In this document: positions 62,179-64,000 of the stretch, piece by piece
How the letters are laid out: each line of letters opens with the position of its first letter
Numbering within the stretch: the first letter of the stretch is position 1
Source of the DNA: Torpedo marmorata
Lineage: Eukaryota
Assembly: GCA_977017645.1 (NCBI GenBank)
Contig: OZ360226.1
Coordinates: 165,726,001 to 165,790,000 of the forward strand
Length of the DNA stretch: 64,000 nt
Direction: 5' to 3'
Position numbers and translations under genes: made by a program
Notes under the pieces: model-generated
Told to the model about the DNA's origin: nothing
Database searches by the model: none
What the model saw: only the letters and a program-made list of their open reading frames with translations

Positions 62179-62430
62179 TTCTTTGAGTTTATCCAAATCC
62201 ATTTTTGTTTTTTCATAGATATCAGTGACGGCTTTGAGCTTGGCTCTCCATTCATGCTGACTGCTTAAGCTGGACTCACTCTCGTGCTCTGTTGGGTTCG
62301 GCTTTCCACTGTCATCTTTACTACTTGGCGGCTGCACCACCGGATCAAGGACGGTCTTCAGCTGCGACTCCAGGCTGAGATTTTTGCCACGTAGTTCTTC
62401 AATTTCTTTCAGCAAAGACTCAATTTCTTC
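62179..62430 (-). CDS. OBI1: OBI1 internal coding exon (84 aa, EEIESLLKEIEELRGKNLSLESQLKTVLDP...IYEKTKMDLDKLKE)
   Basis: Acceptor tctttAG|GAA, donor GAA|GTACGT, phase 0/0; coiled coil resembling the recalled OBI1 KNLSLESQIKTILDP...EWKKKL...DVDKLKE. The upstream RING exons lie outside the window. Confidence 0.92.
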
Positions 62431-62869
62431 CTAAAGATGAAAAGAAACAAGAGGTCTTCAGAAATGGTCATCCAAGACATGGTCCAAAAAGGCCTTTCCA
62501 TTTTCACAGTCTGAAAGGAATCCAAATTTGTGAAAGGACACCAAATCAGGCTGGTCTGCAACATTCAAAAGACGCTTACACAAGATGTGGGCCTAATGCT
62601 GACAAATGGGATGAGCTTACATGGACAACTTGATGAGCATGGGCCGATTTCCATGCAGTTGAACTTCATAAAACAAGGAATGGTTTGGTACTGCCAAAGT
62701 CAACTGAATTCAACCATAATCAAGAAACAAATTAAACACAAATGGAAGTTCACAACTCCAAAATTTCTTGCGACATCAGGAATTTCTCTCTTTGGAGTGC
62801 TTTACAATATTAGATATTCGAGTTGGCTCACATGCAGCAGTCTCAGCAAGTGAGAAAGCCAAGTTTAGA

Positions 62870-63480
62870 TACTGTAGATCCTCTTTTAATCTTGGTTAAC
62901 TTCATCACTGTCCATTATACCACTATTTTGGTGTCACCTGCAAATATGCCAACTACATTGTCACCCAAGTTGTTAATATAGATGACAAACAATAGTGGAC
63001 CTAGCCGAGATCCCTGCAGCACACCACTAGTTACATGTGAGTAACAACCCTCCACTACCACCCTCTGAATCCTACCATCAAGCCAATTCTGTATAAATAT
63101 TTTTTAGATGTACAGCACGGTAACAGGCCCTTCCGGCCCATGAGCACGTGCGGCCCAATTTCCCCACAAAATCCTGCACGTTTTTTTGGAAAGTGGGAGG
63201 AATCCTGAGCACCCGGAGGAAACCCAGGCAGACATGGGGAGAATGTACAAACTCCTTAGATAGTGGCAGATTTGAACCCCGATCGCTGGCGCTGTAATAG
63301 CGTTGCACTAACCGCTACGCTAACCGTGCTGCCCAATTGCCTAATTGGCTTGCTCGCTCTGGATCCTTTGTGATCTCACCTTCCAGACCAGTCTACCATG
63401 TGAGGTCCTGTCAAAGGCCTGTTAATGTCCATGTAGATAGAATCTACCGCTTACCCTCATCAGTCCCCTTGATCACCTCT
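62870..63480 (-). mobile_element. CR1 fragment with an inserted HE1-like SINE (~63101-63334)
   Basis: Reverse-strand CR1 RT motifs (LGPLLFVIYIN, FAGDTK) flanking a SINE of the same family as above. Confidence 0.7.
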
Positions 63481-64000
63481 AAAAATCTAATCAGAACTTG
63501 AGACAATTTCCTACGGACAAAACCATGGGTCTTCGCCCTGGCCTTGGGGAATTAGAAAACTTTATTAAAACGATTAAACATATAAAGTTTCTCATGGAGT
63601 GAAACGAGAACGTTTGCAGACACTTTTATCATGATCATGTCACTCATTTGATATCACCATCTTCAGAGTAATCTAGGAACTGCAAGGCATTTTACTTGCA
63701 TAATGACTATTGCAAAAGCAATACATATCAAACAGAACTTTGCTGACATAATCCTTTGACTTAGAAATGGTTTTGATAGTAATTACAGAAGCTGTCTATA
63801 TCCAGCAGAGATCTGTAAACCTTTTACTTCACACATGTATGAGAATCTCCCAGTAAGGTGAGCAACAATAACAAAATCAAAACGTCCCAGGATATTTAGC
63901 TATTAAATAACAAAATCAAATCATGTACTCAAACTTGAAGTACTGTAATTTTTTGAAGTACAGAAAAATTTTAGTTGGAAGACATTAATCAGGATTCATT

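Overview
Vertebrate genomic DNA, most likely a cartilaginous fish: it has abundant HE1/V-SINE-like SINEs, CR1 and Penelope elements, and the POU4F1-OBI1 gene order I recall from human. Two protein-coding genes lie on the minus strand: the complete two-exon POU4F1 (Brn3a; CDS 13649-13527 joined to 13145-12147, 373 aa) and the last three coding exons of OBI1/RNF219 (62430-62179, 54814-54726, 36204-34695). The first ~21.7 kb around POU4F1 is transposon-poor, appears CpG-retaining and has TAAT-rich candidate enhancers. The rest is a dense, nested transposon landscape. It includes a decayed full-length Gmr1-type Ty3/Gypsy element (integrase before RT, SCAN-like Gag, tRNA-Pro PBS) and a solo LTR of that family. 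There is also a Penelope element with inverted pseudo-LTRs carrying minimal hammerhead-ribozyme-like motifs, a near full-length L1 hosting three later insertions, hAT/Tigger MITEs, CR1, Rex/Babar and SINEs. I found no clearly new biological system. The best leads are an out-of-frame uORF overlapping the POU4F1 start, the Penelope hammerhead motifs, a possible POU4F1 autoregulatory site cluster and repeated L1 insertion into SINE tails. All family assignments come from motif recognition by eye; no database searches were run.
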